Shown here piece after piece: positions 8,677 to 16,328 of a stretch of 26,165 bases of DNA (the stretch's first letter is position 1; each line of letters starts with the position of its first letter). Position numbers and translations under genes: made by a program. The notes under the pieces were generated by a model, which worked only from the letters and a program-made list of their open reading frames with translations, was not told where the DNA came from and did no database searches. The stretch comes from a virus (lineage: Duplodnaviria; Caudoviricetes), in the IMG/VR virus record IMGVR_UViG_3300014202_000207, positions 1 through 26,165 of that record; one strand, given 5' to 3'.

Positions 8677-9273
8677 CTACGGTGGTGGGGATAGCTGCTG
8701 CACACGCTGCCTGAACCAGCCGTGCAGGTTGGCCTCCTGCGTCGGGTCCACCATCGCCAGGCGCACGTAATGGGCGCGCTGGAAGGTCTCCATCACCTGC
8801 AGTACCAGCCACTTCATCCGCTTGTCCGCGCATGCCTTCGACACCGCGCTCGCCGTCGCCGGCCCGGTGATCCCGTCTACGTGTATGTCGGGCCATCGCT
8901 GCCCCCGGTTGTTGCACACATTGAGCGCCGTCTGCAGCCATTCCACCGCCCTCCTGTCGCCGACGTTGACCGCCGTGTCGTAAAGCTCTTCGGCGATGTC
9001 CTGATCGCTGAGCAGGTGGCAGCCCGAGCGGGTCCAGAACTCGTCGAGGAAGAACTTCCGGTGCAGGTCGTGCAGGTTCGCCTTGTCGATGCCCGCGAGC
9101 GGTACGTGGTTGCGCACCGTGCGGTCGATGATGGGCCAGCCGCCCCACCGTGGATGGCGTAGGCGACTGATGCCGGCGTAGGTCTCGCCACCCCGGTCGG
9201 TCGCCAGGTTGGACAGCACGCCGCCCTCGTAGCGGTTGGTGCGGGCATAGGCGCGCTCGAAGTCGGCGGTCAC
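8677..9273 (-). CDS. Endolysin, glycoside hydrolase family 108 with a C-terminal peptidoglycan-binding region
   Basis: GTG 9273 with GGAGG RBS; EGG...DRGGETYAGIS, YDTAVNVG, LQTALN, VDGITGPAT, GWFRQRV. Confidence 0.92.
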   Translation of the reverse strand: MTADFERAYARTNRYEGGVLSNLATDRGGETYAGISRLRHPRWGGWPIIDRTVRNHVPLAGIDKANLHDLHRKFFLDEFWTRSGCHLLSDQDIAEELYDTAVNVGDRRAVEWLQTALNVCNNRGQRWPDIHVDGITGPATASAVSKACADKRMKWLVLQVMETFQRAHYVRLAMVDPTQEANLHGWFRQRVQQLSPPP

Positions 9274-9482
9274 GGCGCAGCCTCCACCGCTATCGCGGGC
9301 TCGGCGTGAGCAATGATATGCGTGTCTCGGATGACGACGCCGCCCGACTGCATCTCGATGCGCGGCAGTTCGGCGCCCGTCAGCCCGAGCCGGATCCCCA
9401 GCGCGAACGCGAACGCGAGCATGAACAGCTTGATGCACATCATCGTGTGATCGACGGCATCCATCATGGCCGGGCGCATCAC
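9270..9482 (-). CDS. Small membrane protein
   Basis: One hydrophobic segment (IKLFMLAFAFALGIRLGL); GTGA overlaps at both ends. Confidence 0.5.
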   Translation of the reverse strand: MMRPAMMDAVDHTMMCIKLFMLAFAFALGIRLGLTGAELPRIEMQSGGVVIRDTHIIAHAEPAIAVEAAP

Positions 9483-9622
9483 AGGAACCTCGGCGGGTCG
9501 AGATCGTCATCACGCGGGTTGATGGCGAACACCGTCAGCATGAGACCGACCAGCGCGGCGAGCGCGAAGCCCACCACGCCGGCCGCCACCAACTCCCAGC
9601 CCAGTGACGCGCACTCAGTCAT
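9479..9622 (-). CDS. Small single-pass membrane protein (holin/antiholin candidate)
   Basis: 47 aa, MTECASLGWELVAAGVVGFALAALVGLMLTVFAINPRDDDLDPPRFL; upstream of the endolysin. Confidence 0.55.
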   Translation of the reverse strand: MTECASLGWELVAAGVVGFALAALVGLMLTVFAINPRDDDLDPPRFL

Positions 9623-10193
9623 CGCTGGCCACCACCGAGCCGATGCCCGCACGCGCGAGCAGGGATGCGTCGTCGCTGCCCAACTCCTCCTCGTCGGCCG
9701 GGATGATGGCGAGATCGTCGGCTGCCGGCGCCGGCGTGCCCGGTGCCGACTGTAGCCACGCCTCGCGAGCGGACGGTGCGGATGCCGGTGCAGGTGCCTC
9801 GTCGAAGAACAGCACCAGCTGCCGGTCCAGTCCCAGCGCGCGAGCAGACTTGCGCCGCTCGTCCGCTTCCAGCTTGGCCTTGCGGATCTCCTCCTCCCGC
9901 TTCTCAAACTCCAACCGCCGCAGCTTCACCATCGCCAGCATCGCCGGCCAGATGACGCCGTTGGCCTGCGCCTCGGTCTTGAGCGCGCGGATGCGCTCCT
10001 GCGCGAGTTCGATCATGTCCAAGTGCATGTCGAGCGTGTCCGCCAGCTTGCGCCGGTACTCGTTGTCCGCCTCGATGCGCTCCTCGATACTGAGCAGGTC
10101 CACGACGTTGCTGTCGCCCTCGCGCGCCTGCTGCCGTAGCGCCTCCTGCTGTGCGTTGAACTCGTCGGCCTTAGCCGTGCTGGTACGTGCCAT
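9615..10193 (-). CDS. GapR/DUF2312-like DNA-binding protein with an acidic tail
   Basis: ATG 10193 with GAGGAG RBS; EAQANGVIWPAMLAMVKLRRLE...REEE...RALGL parallels the GapR pattern EAKxxGxDxKxxRxxxxLRK...ALG. Confidence 0.55.
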   Translation of the reverse strand: MARTSTAKADEFNAQQEALRQQAREGDSNVVDLLSIEERIEADNEYRRKLADTLDMHLDMIELAQERIRALKTEAQANGVIWPAMLAMVKLRRLEFEKREEEIRKAKLEADERRKSARALGLDRQLVLFFDEAPAPASAPSAREAWLQSAPGTPAPAADDLAIIPADEEELGSDDASLLARAGIGSVVASDD

Positions 10194-10578
10194 GTGCGTG
10201 CTCCTCGAAGTTGATGCCCAACTCGCCAACGGCCCAGGCCTCGACCTCGGCCATGTAATCCCCGAACTCGGCCACCGACAGGCCGCTGGTGCCCTTGGCG
10301 ACGCCATCCCCGAACGGTCCCGGCTCCATGCCCAAGAACCGCTTGCAACAGTGCTCGTGCCATATCTCCGGCGCGTACCACTGCCCATCCATGCTGGCCG
10401 GCGCTTGCTGGCTGATGGCCGTGAGCAATGCCCAGTAGCGGGCGTTCTGTTCCAGCGACCGCCGCCTGGCGCGCTTGGCGACCCGGATCTCGAACGGCAG
10501 CGGGGTGCTTGCGATCACACGCGCCGCCCGGTCCCGGTCCTCGTCGTCCGTCACGAACACGACCAGCGGACGGCTCAT
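10171..10578 (-). CDS. ninB: NinB/Orf-like recombination accessory protein
   Basis: RSLEQNARYWALLTAIS...WHE...TSGLSVAEFGDYMAEVEAWA is characteristic of the NinB/YbcN-type family. Confidence 0.8.
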   Translation of the reverse strand: MSRPLVVFVTDDEDRDRAARVIASTPLPFEIRVAKRARRRSLEQNARYWALLTAISQQAPASMDGQWYAPEIWHEHCCKRFLGMEPGPFGDGVAKGTSGLSVAEFGDYMAEVEAWAVGELGINFEEHAHGTYQHG

Positions 10579-11036
10579 AGGATGTCCAGCCCCGCGCTGC
10601 GCTGGCTCGGCATGGGCAGGTAGCGCAACAGCGTGTCCACACTGTCCGCGACGATGCCGAGCCCGCCGTGCGCGTTGACCGTGGTGAGGAAGGCCGCCTG
10701 CTCGTCGGTGAGCTTGCCGCCCGGCCTCTTGGCTTCGATGTAAAGCGCACGCCCGTCGCGCAGCATGCCGGCGATGTCGGGGTGCCCCTTCGGTGCCGTC
10801 ACCATCGGGCGCGTGCCACGGGCGGTCTTGCGGTCGACGACGTCCACCACCCGCGTGTTGATGCGATGCGCGAATGCCACCGATGGATGCACGCGAAGCG
10901 CGGCGATGAGCGCCCGCTGCACGTCCGCCTCGCTTGGGCCGGTGCGGACCGGCGTCGGCTTGGCCTTGGCGCCGTCGAGTGCAAGCCCGAGCTGGGCGCG
11001 GCGGCGGGGCTTGCGATCGGGGATCCAATGGCTCAC
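10575..11036 (-). CDS. VRR-NUC domain nuclease (Holliday-junction resolvase-like)
   Basis: SEADVQ...GHPDI...IEAKRPGGKLTDEQAAF PD-(D/E)xK signature. Confidence 0.9.
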   Translation of the reverse strand: MSHWIPDRKPRRRAQLGLALDGAKAKPTPVRTGPSEADVQRALIAALRVHPSVAFAHRINTRVVDVVDRKTARGTRPMVTAPKGHPDIAGMLRDGRALYIEAKRPGGKLTDEQAAFLTTVNAHGGLGIVADSVDTLLRYLPMPSQRSAGLDIL

Positions 11037-11437
11037 GGCAGCGGATCTACTTCGGCCAGGCTGGCACGCATGAGCGCACGCGCGACCAACTCGTCAGGCT
11101 GGGCGGCCAGCAGCACGCGCAGGTTGTTGCGCACCGCCACTTCGATCATCCGGTGCATGATCTCGCGAAGCTCCATCACGGCCTCGTCGCGCAGCTGGTT
11201 ATGCGTCCGTGACCGCTCCTTGCGCATCTCCTCGATGGCGTCCTGCATGCGGACCAGCTGCGCACGGAGTGCATCGGGACTGATGTGCGTCACCGACCTT
11301 TGCGCGATCCGGATGTTGCGCTCCACCTCGTCCAGCCTGTCATCCATCGCCGCAAAGCGCTTGCGTACCCGCTCCTCCTCGCTCGACAGGTAGCGCTCCC
11401 AGTGCGCGCGGGCTTGCTGTCTCGTCATGCCGCTCAT
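11033..11437 (-). CDS. Hypothetical coiled-coil protein
   Basis: 134 aa, 4-nt overlaps with both neighbours. Confidence 0.65.
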   Translation of the reverse strand: MSGMTRQQARAHWERYLSSEEERVRKRFAAMDDRLDEVERNIRIAQRSVTHISPDALRAQLVRMQDAIEEMRKERSRTHNQLRDEAVMELREIMHRMIEVAVRNNLRVLLAAQPDELVARALMRASLAEVDPLP

Positions 11438-11664
11438 GCCGCCTGCTCCCTACGTACGTTGATGTGCTCCTCGATGAGCCGGCTGACCCCGTCCCGCCCA
11501 TGCACGCTGGCCGCCTTCTGGTACCACGACTGCCGGCGATGGCGGGGCAGGCTGCGCAGGTAGCGGCCCACGCAGGCGCGGCAGCCCATGTCGTAGATCG
11601 GGCCAGGTCCATGCGCCGTGCGGGCGCAGTCGGGACAGTCGGGCTTGGGCGCGGCGGGGATCAT
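11434..11664 (-). CDS. Small Cys-rich (CxxC...CxxC) protein
   Basis: ATG 11664 (TGATG overlap); CPDC...CRAC. Confidence 0.6.
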   Translation of the reverse strand: MIPAAPKPDCPDCARTAHGPGPIYDMGCRACVGRYLRSLPRHRRQSWYQKAASVHGRDGVSRLIEEHINVRREQAA

Positions 11665-11924
11665 CAGCAGTCGGACCCGAGCGGGCCGGTGTCGGGATCG
11701 CGGTTGACCGGCAGCTGACTGGGCTCGAACTCGCCGCACCAGTCGCTGTAGGACGTACGCGGCCAGTCGGCGCGCAGAATGCCCATGTGGATCGATGTCA
11801 CAGCCGCACGCGGTGCATGCCGCCTGCACTCGCTGACCATGCTCACCCCGCCATTGCCGCGCACTTCCTCGCGAAGCACCGAATTCCAATGCACGCAATG
11901 CCGGCACGTCCGCTGGCCACTCAC
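11664..11924 (-). CDS. Small Cys-rich phage protein
   Basis: CRHC...CRRHAP...WP...DWCGEF, a recurrent phage metal-binding pattern. Confidence 0.7.
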   Translation of the reverse strand: MSGQRTCRHCVHWNSVLREEVRGNGGVSMVSECRRHAPRAAVTSIHMGILRADWPRTSYSDWCGEFEPSQLPVNRDPDTGPLGSDC

Positions 11925-12241
11925 CGCTTCATCCTCCCTGACTCGAACTCCGCTGATACGGCGCGCTTGAACTGGTCGCCCGTGCGCAGGCCCGGTGTCA
12001 GTGCGCGGTCGCGGATGTTGCAGGCGTTCTCGTAGATCCGCTTGAGCGCGTCCCGGTCGTCGAGCAGGTGCCGGTGTTCGGCATAGAGCGCGAGCATGCA
12101 GGCGATGCCGATCTCGGCCGTCGCATCGGTCAGCCCCTCCCCGCCTAGATGCTGCAGGTAGCCGATGAGCATGCCGCCCAAGCGCTCCTCCACATCGGTC
12201 GGCGAGCGGAGCAGGTAGGGATGAAGTGGGGCATCAAGCAT
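11921..12241 (-). CDS. Hypothetical protein
   Basis: 106 aa, AGGAG RBS, overlaps neighbours. Confidence 0.6.
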   Translation of the reverse strand: MLDAPLHPYLLRSPTDVEERLGGMLIGYLQHLGGEGLTDATAEIGIACMLALYAEHRHLLDDRDALKRIYENACNIRDRALTPGLRTGDQFKRAVSAEFESGRMKR

Positions 12242-13025
12242 GGGCGTTCTCCTGCTGTGTGAGCGCGCACAAGGCCGCTGCGAGCATTCTGGCGGCCTGT
12301 GCTGCGTTCTCTGCCGTGATGGCTATGGACACCGCACCCACCTGCGCGGACGCGCTGTGCGGCTTCTCCGTCGGTTCTGGTGCAGGCTCACGGATTGAGC
12401 CAGTGACCGCTGGCGCCTTTGCCGGGGCTTCCTGCTGCGGTGCAGTGACAGCCTCGAACTGGCTGGCGGTGGGCTTGGCTTCCGACACGCGCTTGGCCAG
12501 TTGCTCGAACGTCACGACCGGCCCCAGCTCGGGCTTGGGCGGCGGCGCAACTGCACTGCGCCAGCGGCCGTGGGCCATGTGCAGTGCCTTGCCCTGATGC
12601 TTGAGCGTGTTGAGCGCGTTGGTGATCGAGTTAGATCGGTTGTTCGGGAAATGCTCCATCAGCCCGGTGACGGTCATCTCGGTGTGCTGGTCGAGCAGTG
12701 CGGCGACCTTGTCGAGGATCGACGGCTCGCCGGTCAGTCGGCGGGGCGGGCGGCCAGTGCGGACAGGCTCCGGCGTGGGCTCCGCTGCCGCCTGCTCGGC
12801 ACGCTCCTGCGCTGCCTGGCGCTGGCCTGTCTCCCGTGCTTCCGCGCTCGGCAGCACGTAGGCGCCCGCCTCGTCCTGCTCGATGAGGCCGCGCCGGCAC
12901 ATGGTCGCCAACGTCACGTCGATGCCGCTCGGCAGGCACTCGGCGTCGAGCAGCTCGCCGACGTCTTTGCGCGTCAGGACGTCGGTCGTCTTCAGCGCCT
13001 GCAGGATCGTCGTGACGGCGCTCAT
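12234..13025 (-). CDS. Putative DNA-binding protein with two winged-helix-like domains
   Basis: ILQALK...LATMCRRGLIEQ...Y and ILDKVAALL...TNALNTLKHQGKA...GRW separated by a Pro/Ala linker. Confidence 0.6.
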   Translation of the reverse strand: MSAVTTILQALKTTDVLTRKDVGELLDAECLPSGIDVTLATMCRRGLIEQDEAGAYVLPSAEARETGQRQAAQERAEQAAAEPTPEPVRTGRPPRRLTGEPSILDKVAALLDQHTEMTVTGLMEHFPNNRSNSITNALNTLKHQGKALHMAHGRWRSAVAPPPKPELGPVVTFEQLAKRVSEAKPTASQFEAVTAPQQEAPAKAPAVTGSIREPAPEPTEKPHSASAQVGAVSIAITAENAAQAARMLAAALCALTQQENAHA

Positions 13026-13251
13026 TGACGTTTACCCATTGACGGTACCCATTGACGGTGAAATTTCGCGCATGAACCGCGCGTCATGGCCGAAAACCGC
13101 GCCGCGCCGAGCGTCAACGGGTGGGGTATCCCCCTCCGGGGGATATACCCCCCGCCCATTGACGCCTCGACGGCAAGTGGCCAGCCCCCATTGACGGTCA
13201 GGGCATTGACGCTATCCATTGACGCCATCCATTGACGCTGAGTCGTTGACC
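13023..13251. repeat. Putative replication origin: CATTGACG iterons plus a central inverted repeat
   Basis: CATTGACG starts at 13023, 13037, 13050, 13157, 13189, 13204, 13217 and 13230; inverted variant at 13112; imperfect palindrome ~13111-13165; located at the 3' end of the primase-helicase gene. Confidence 0.8.
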
Positions 13252-15248
13252 AGCTGCGCGATACCCTTTTCGACGATGACCGCGCCCTGGTCGACAAGCG
13301 CGGATTTCAGACGGAAAAAGTTCTGCCGGGTGTTCACGATCCGGCGCCCGATGGCTTCGTCTCTCCAGGTGTCGACCGGCACGCGAGCCCCGGACGGATC
13401 GAAGCCGCCGGTGACGAGGTTTGCCTTGTTGCGCGCGTAAAGCTCTCGCAGGAGGTCGAGCAGCTGGCCCTGCGCCGGGGCTCTCGTGTGATTCACGGGC
13501 GGGCGCAGCGTGGCCTCACCTGGCGCCCCCGTGGGCACGGGCACGACGCTCGTGATGGCTTCGCCGTCTTCGTCTCGAATCCCGAGGTCAACCGCGCGCA
13601 TGCCGAAGTACAGCGTCGGCGGCAGGATGGCGTCCTTCATTTTGAGGCCCGATAGCTCGACGATGCCGGCCTCGCCCTTGGTCACGAAATACTCGGCATC
13701 GACCGCGCCCTTCAGGCTCGACGAGCCGCGGGCGCGCTGCTTGTCCCCGTGGCCCGTGTGATGCACGAGCATGACGCCGGCCTGGTAGGCATCCATCAAG
13801 TAGGCGCCAACGTGGTCGATGAACAGCGACATATCCTTCGTGCTGTTCTCGTCGCCGGCGCCGAAGTTGCGCGCCAGCGTGTCGACGATGAACAGCCCCG
13901 GGGCATCGCCCAGGCGCTCGATGATGGCGTCGATATCGCGCTTCAGTGCTTCGGCTGCCTGCCGGTTACCGAGCGGAATCGCGCGCTTCGTGATCGCGAA
14001 CGGCGCTGCCCGCCAGTCCACCTGGTGCCAGTCACGCCAAGCGTGCATGCGGCGCTGAAGCCCGCCCCAGCCCTCGCCGCAGAGGTAGACGACTGGCGTC
14101 TGCCTGACGCGCTGACCGTGCCACGTCGTGCCTGTTGCGATGGATAGGCCGAGGTCAAGCGCCAGGAACGATTTGCCCGCGCCCGGCTCGCCGAACAGCA
14201 CCGACAGCGCGTGCGCTTCGAGGTAATGCCGCACGAGCCATGCCGGCGGCTTGAGCACGGCCGGCAGGTCGCACGCCATGATGACCAGCGACTCGCCGGG
14301 GGGCGGCGGGGTAAAGGAGGGTTCAGCGACCGGGCGCGTCCATCCTGCGTCTTTCGCCATGCCATAGACCGTGCGCAGCGTGACGGCGCCGTTCGCGTTG
14401 AAGGTTTGCCACTTGCGCCACAAGCGCTGCGTGCCGGGGTACTTGCTGCCGAGCGCGCTCCATTCGTCCCACGCCTGAAAGCCTTCGTCCCACAGCGCCG
14501 AGTGGATTGCCTGCCCGACGCGTACCCAGTCGGGATACGGCATGTCAGGGTCGAGCGACATCAACGCGCTGCGTAGCTCCTCGAGCAGCGCAGGCGCAGC
14601 GGGCGTCAGCGCGGGCACATTGCCAGCAGTCACAGGGGGTCGCGCCTCGCCGCGCAGTTGATAGACCCACGCTGGCGCCTGGGCGATTTCCTGCCCGAGC
14701 ATCAGGTCGCTGGAGGCCTCGAACTCGTACCGCTTGCCACTCAGGTGCAGGCTCGGCGGCGCGACGATGTAGCCGTTCACGGCCTTGATGTCGATGCCGG
14801 GATAGCTGGGCAGCTTGCCGCTCGATATCGAGCCGGTCGCAAGAAAGTAGAAGTGGCTGCCGCCCCCGCCGGTCAGCACCTCGACGGTATCGGGCAGCGC
14901 GCCGTATTTCAGGCACAGCCGCTCATACGATTCGTTGCCGCCGTTGCGCGGGTCGACGTCGACGACGACGCCGACATCCTCAGCGCGGATCGCGACATTC
15001 GCGTCCGGCCACTGGCGCCACCAGCGCTGAATGGTGGCCTCGTTCACCGTCGCGTCGTGCAGGCCGTGCGCGGTGTGGGGGTGCTTGCCGGGGTTGTCAC
15101 AATCCGTGGTGCCGCAGGCGCAGATTCCGTCGCGCATGCCGAACAGCGGGAACACCCGCCAGCCGCGAGCGGCGTAGTCCAGCGCGGCATCCCGCAAGGG
15201 GTTGGGGCCGTCGGAAGGCGGAACGGGGCGCAGCTCAGACAAATTCAT
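13212..15248 (-). CDS. Bifunctional primase/polymerase (Prim-Pol) + PriCT-2 + RepA-type (AAA_25) helicase
   Basis: ALDYAARGWRVFPL, CxC..C..PGKHP, VVDVDPRNGG, TGGGGSHFYF, YIVAPPS; YPDWVRVGQAI...WDEWS..KY; GEPGAGKS, IVDTLAR, VHHTG..RARGSS. Confidence 0.93.
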   Translation of the reverse strand: MNLSELRPVPPSDGPNPLRDAALDYAARGWRVFPLFGMRDGICACGTTDCDNPGKHPHTAHGLHDATVNEATIQRWWRQWPDANVAIRAEDVGVVVDVDPRNGGNESYERLCLKYGALPDTVEVLTGGGGSHFYFLATGSISSGKLPSYPGIDIKAVNGYIVAPPSLHLSGKRYEFEASSDLMLGQEIAQAPAWVYQLRGEARPPVTAGNVPALTPAAPALLEELRSALMSLDPDMPYPDWVRVGQAIHSALWDEGFQAWDEWSALGSKYPGTQRLWRKWQTFNANGAVTLRTVYGMAKDAGWTRPVAEPSFTPPPPGESLVIMACDLPAVLKPPAWLVRHYLEAHALSVLFGEPGAGKSFLALDLGLSIATGTTWHGQRVRQTPVVYLCGEGWGGLQRRMHAWRDWHQVDWRAAPFAITKRAIPLGNRQAAEALKRDIDAIIERLGDAPGLFIVDTLARNFGAGDENSTKDMSLFIDHVGAYLMDAYQAGVMLVHHTGHGDKQRARGSSSLKGAVDAEYFVTKGEAGIVELSGLKMKDAILPPTLYFGMRAVDLGIRDEDGEAITSVVPVPTGAPGEATLRPPVNHTRAPAQGQLLDLLRELYARNKANLVTGGFDPSGARVPVDTWRDEAIGRRIVNTRQNFFRLKSALVDQGAVIVEKGIAQLVNDSASMDGVNG

Positions 15249-15491
15249 GCCTGCGGTTCGATCGCCTGCACCCAATTCGCCTGCAGCGCCTTGCGTGTCC
15301 GCCTGCGCTCAAGCTGCGGCACGAGCTGCACGCCGCGGTAGTGCGCGACGCCCTCCGTTTTCAGCCAGGCATTGAACTGAGCGCGCCTGACGGCTATCGA
15401 GGGGGGGGGCTGTCTTACCGGCCAGTGCCAGCGTGTCGAGGTACGCGTCGAGCGTCTGGCGCAGCGCGTAGGCATCGGTATGCGCGGTCAC
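15245..15491 (-). pseudogene. Small gene split by a C9 homopolymer (frameshifted or phase-variable)
   Basis: The 5' half (GTG 15491) and 3' half (stop 15245) are in different frames; removing one base from G9 at 15401-15409 gives one 81-aa ORF. Confidence 0.6.
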
Positions 15492-15796
15492 TCGTCATCC
15501 TCCGCCAACTCCGACGCATGACGCAGATGCCGCAGCCGTGACTGCGCGAGCGCGAAGAGCGCCTCGATCTCTGCCTCGGGGTAGCACCTGAGATTGTTTG
15601 GCACGACCTTCAGCCGGAGCGCGTCCAGCATGGTCGCGAACTGATCGAGACGGCCCTCGCTAACCCATCGGCTCACGGTCGCCACGTCGACCTCGCAGGC
15701 CCTCGCGACGGGCGCCTGGCCATGCTCCGCAAGCCGCTGCCGGATCAGCGCGCTGAACTTGCGAGCCTTTGCGGGCGCCTCGGCGGTACCGTGCAT
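15488..15796 (-). CDS. cII: CII-like transcriptional activator
   Basis: ARKFSALIRQRLAEHGQAPVARACEVDVATVSRW...FATMLDALRLKVVP resembles the lambda CII family; lies between cro and replication. Confidence 0.85.
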   Translation of the reverse strand: MHGTAEAPAKARKFSALIRQRLAEHGQAPVARACEVDVATVSRWVSEGRLDQFATMLDALRLKVVPNNLRCYPEAEIEALFALAQSRLRHLRHASELAEDDE

Positions 15797-16038
15797 CACA
15801 GGACGCACCACGCAAGGAACCAGCACATGAGCCCGACCGGCAGACACCAGCCAAGCGCGATAAGGAGGCCGCCGAAGTCATCCGGACCTTCGGCGACAGG
15901 GTTCTCGGGTGAGAACGGGGAGGTTATTCGCTCGTCGTCCAGTTCGACGTCGAGCACGTTCAAGGGAGCCAGCCCACTGCCCCTGGTGCACGGCTTGGGG
16001 ATGGGGAGGAGATCGGGACAGGGGCTGGCATTGTTCAT
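15796..16038 (-). CDS. Small C-terminally anchored membrane protein
   Basis: 80 aa, TGATG overlaps at both ends, hydrophobic C-terminus GLLIALGWCLPVGLMCWFLAWCVL. Confidence 0.55.
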   Translation of the reverse strand: MNNASPCPDLLPIPKPCTRGSGLAPLNVLDVELDDERITSPFSPENPVAEGPDDFGGLLIALGWCLPVGLMCWFLAWCVL

Positions 16039-16247
16039 CAGGCGGCCTCTCCAAATACGTCCGGGCGCAGCACCTCTTTGGCGAGCGCGCCCTGCGTGGC
16101 CACATCCAGCGCACGCGCCAGTTGCGGGCTTGGTTTCCGGAAGCCGATCGCGAGCTGGTACAGATACACCCGCTTTATCCCGCAGGCATCGGCCACTCGC
16201 TGCCGCTCTTGCTTGGTGGCGGCAGACCACCAGTGCGTAATGTCCAT
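16038..16247 (-). CDS. cro: Cro-like HTH regulator
   Basis: 69 aa; VADACGIKRVYLYQLAIGFRKPSPQLA...LRPDVF; divergent from the repressor. Confidence 0.9.
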   Translation of the reverse strand: MDITHWWSAATKQERQRVADACGIKRVYLYQLAIGFRKPSPQLARALDVATQGALAKEVLRPDVFGEAA

Positions 16248-16255
16248 GGCTCAAC

Positions 16256-16320
16256 GGTAGCATATCGCTACCGGACTAAGCAAGGCGCTACCAGTAACGT
16301 TATTAGCGCTTCGCTACAAT
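16256..16320. promoter_or_regulatory. OR-like region: three 17-bp operators and divergent promoters
   Basis: GGTAGC-atatc-GCTACC (16256-16272), CTAAGC-aaggc-GCTACC (16276-16292), ATTAGC-gcttc-GCTACA (16302-16318). Minus strand TTGCTT-N18-TACCGT towards cro; plus strand TACAAT (16315-16320) towards cI. Confidence 0.85.
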
Positions 16321-16328
16321 TCCCCTAT

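Noticed and set aside
8677-8679. TAG readthrough or stop-codon reassignment
   Set aside because: The in-frame sequence after this TAG is not coding-like, and genes elsewhere are intact under the standard code.
12234-13025. Z-alpha (Z-DNA-binding) domains
   Set aside because: Winged-helix-like, but the diagnostic N-x-x-L-Y and P-P-x-W residues are absent.
13023-13251. CATTGACG repeats as a mini-CRISPR array
   Set aside because: Repeats are only 8 bp with mostly 5-7 bp gaps; position and spacing fit iterons.
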